This document shows positions 39,197 through 39,864 of a DNA stretch of 39,864 nt, piece by piece. Positions within the stretch are counted from its first letter, which is position 1. Each line of letters opens with the position of its first letter. The translations under genes and the position numbers were made by a program. This stretch comes from Dehalococcoidia bacterium (GTDB lineage: Bacteria > Chloroflexota > Dehalococcoidia > UBA2979): assembly GCA_004296805.1 (NCBI GenBank), contig SCVR01000027.1, positions 1 to 39,864 on the forward strand. Direction: 5' to 3'. The notes below the pieces were generated by a model. It did no database searches. It was given only the letters and a program-made list of their open reading frames with translations, and was not told where the DNA came from.

Positions 39197-39864
39197 ATGC
39201 ACCTCGCCCGTCTCTCGCTCATCGACCTGCGTACCTTCCGACGGCTGGAAGTGGAGCTGACGCCGGGCGTCCACGTGATCGCAGGCGCCAACGCCCAGGG
39301 CAAGTCCAACCTGCTGGAGGCGATCGCGATGCTGGCGACCACGCGGTCGCCGGGTTCCGGCACTGACCTCGACCTGATCTCGTGGGACGCGCTCGCGGAG
39401 GACCCGATACCGGCGGCCCGCCTGGAGGCCGAGGTGGTGACGGCGAGCGGGCGCGAACAAGTGGAGGTGAACATCGTCGGTCAAGTGGCGGCGGTCGGTG
39501 TGCCGCCGTCGAGGGCAGCCCGGCGGTTCCGGGTGAACGGCATCGCCCGACGGGCGTCCGACCTCATTGGGCGGTTGCGTGTGGTGCTCTTCGCGGCGGA
39601 CGACCTCGCGATCATCGATGGGCCACCCGCACATCGACGGCGGTATCTCGACATCACGTTGTCGCAGTTGGACCCGGCGTACGTGCGGGCATTGCAGCGG
39701 TATACGCGCGTCCTCGAACAGCGGAACTCGCTGCTGAAGCGACTGCAAGAACGCCGCGGCAAGCCGGACGAACTCGACTTCTGGGACGGCGAGCTGGCCG
39801 AGGCGGGTGCGGTGATCCTCGCGGCGCGTGCGGAGGCGCTGCGCGTGCTCGGGCGCGACGCCGC
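39197..39864 (+). CDS. recF: DNA replication and repair protein RecF, N-terminal part (runs off the right edge)
   Basis: My own translation: MHLARLSLIDLRTFRRLEVELTPGVHVIAGANAQGKSNLLEAIAMLATTRS... (Walker A GANAQGKS) ...RRYLDITLSQLDPAYVRALQRYTRVLEQRNSLL. It is absent from the ORF track because it has no stop codon in the window. Confidence 0.9.
   Translation, partial: MHLARLSLIDLRTFRRLEVELTPGVHVIAGANAQGKSNLLEAIAMLATTRSPGSGTDLDLISWDALAEDPIPAARLEAEVVTASGREQVEVNIVGQVAAVGVPPSRAARRFRVNGIARRASDLIGRLRVVLFAADDLAIIDGPPAHRRRYLDITLSQLDPAYVRALQRYTRVLEQRNSLLKRLQERRGKPDELDFWDGELAEAGAVILAARAEALRVLGRDA

Noticed and set aside
39197-39864. recF out of its usual dnaA-dnaN-recF-gyrB context as a sign of rearrangement
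   Set aside because: Only the upstream side is visible (a two-component operon rather than dnaN). Gene order around recF varies widely among phyla and the downstream side is outside the window, so the evidence is insufficient.

Overview
High-GC, GC3-skewed bacterial chromosomal window. The gene content (sortase, CCA-encoding tRNAs, ECF sigma factor, several leaderless-looking starts) suggests a monoderm-type Chloroflexota- or Actinomycetota-like organism, but the taxon cannot be fixed from sequence alone. Left to right: (1) an ECF sigma factor with a partial downstream partner. (2) An 8.3-kb cluster of six signal-peptide surface proteins assembled from a few recurring, unnamed modules, with a class-F-like sortase in the middle and mnmA embedded. 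(3) A Fic/HTH pair of the 'mobile mystery protein A/B' type, two small membrane proteins, and two tRNA-Ser genes. (4) rsfS and an arsC-aquaporin pair. (5) A glycan cluster: gmd, GT4, a His-for-Lys DegT/ColD-like enzyme, a Gmd/Rmd-like reductase, GT2, a PQQ-dehydrogenase/beta-propeller fusion, and a priming phosphoglycosyl transferase. (6) A MOSC gene followed by an NAD-type formate dehydrogenase operon (NuoE-like, NuoF-like, FdhA) interrupted by a DinB-family gene flanked by a 15-nt direct repeat. (7) A minus-strand block: two ABC permeases, a terminator, then a TPP enzyme, a Gfo/Idh/MocA oxidoreductase, a ClbS/DinB-like protein and a holin-IV-like protein. (8) An OmpR-type response regulator, a Pro/Ala-rich protein and a GAF histidine kinase in one coupled operon. 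(9) The 5' part of recF. I saw no CRISPR array, rRNA, transposase or integrase. The best candidate for an undescribed system is the modular sortase-linked surface-protein cluster (1705-10012), possibly controlled by the divergent ECF sigma factor and possibly glycosylated by the nearby GDP-deoxyhexose cluster. All family assignments rest on motifs read by eye; no database searches were run.
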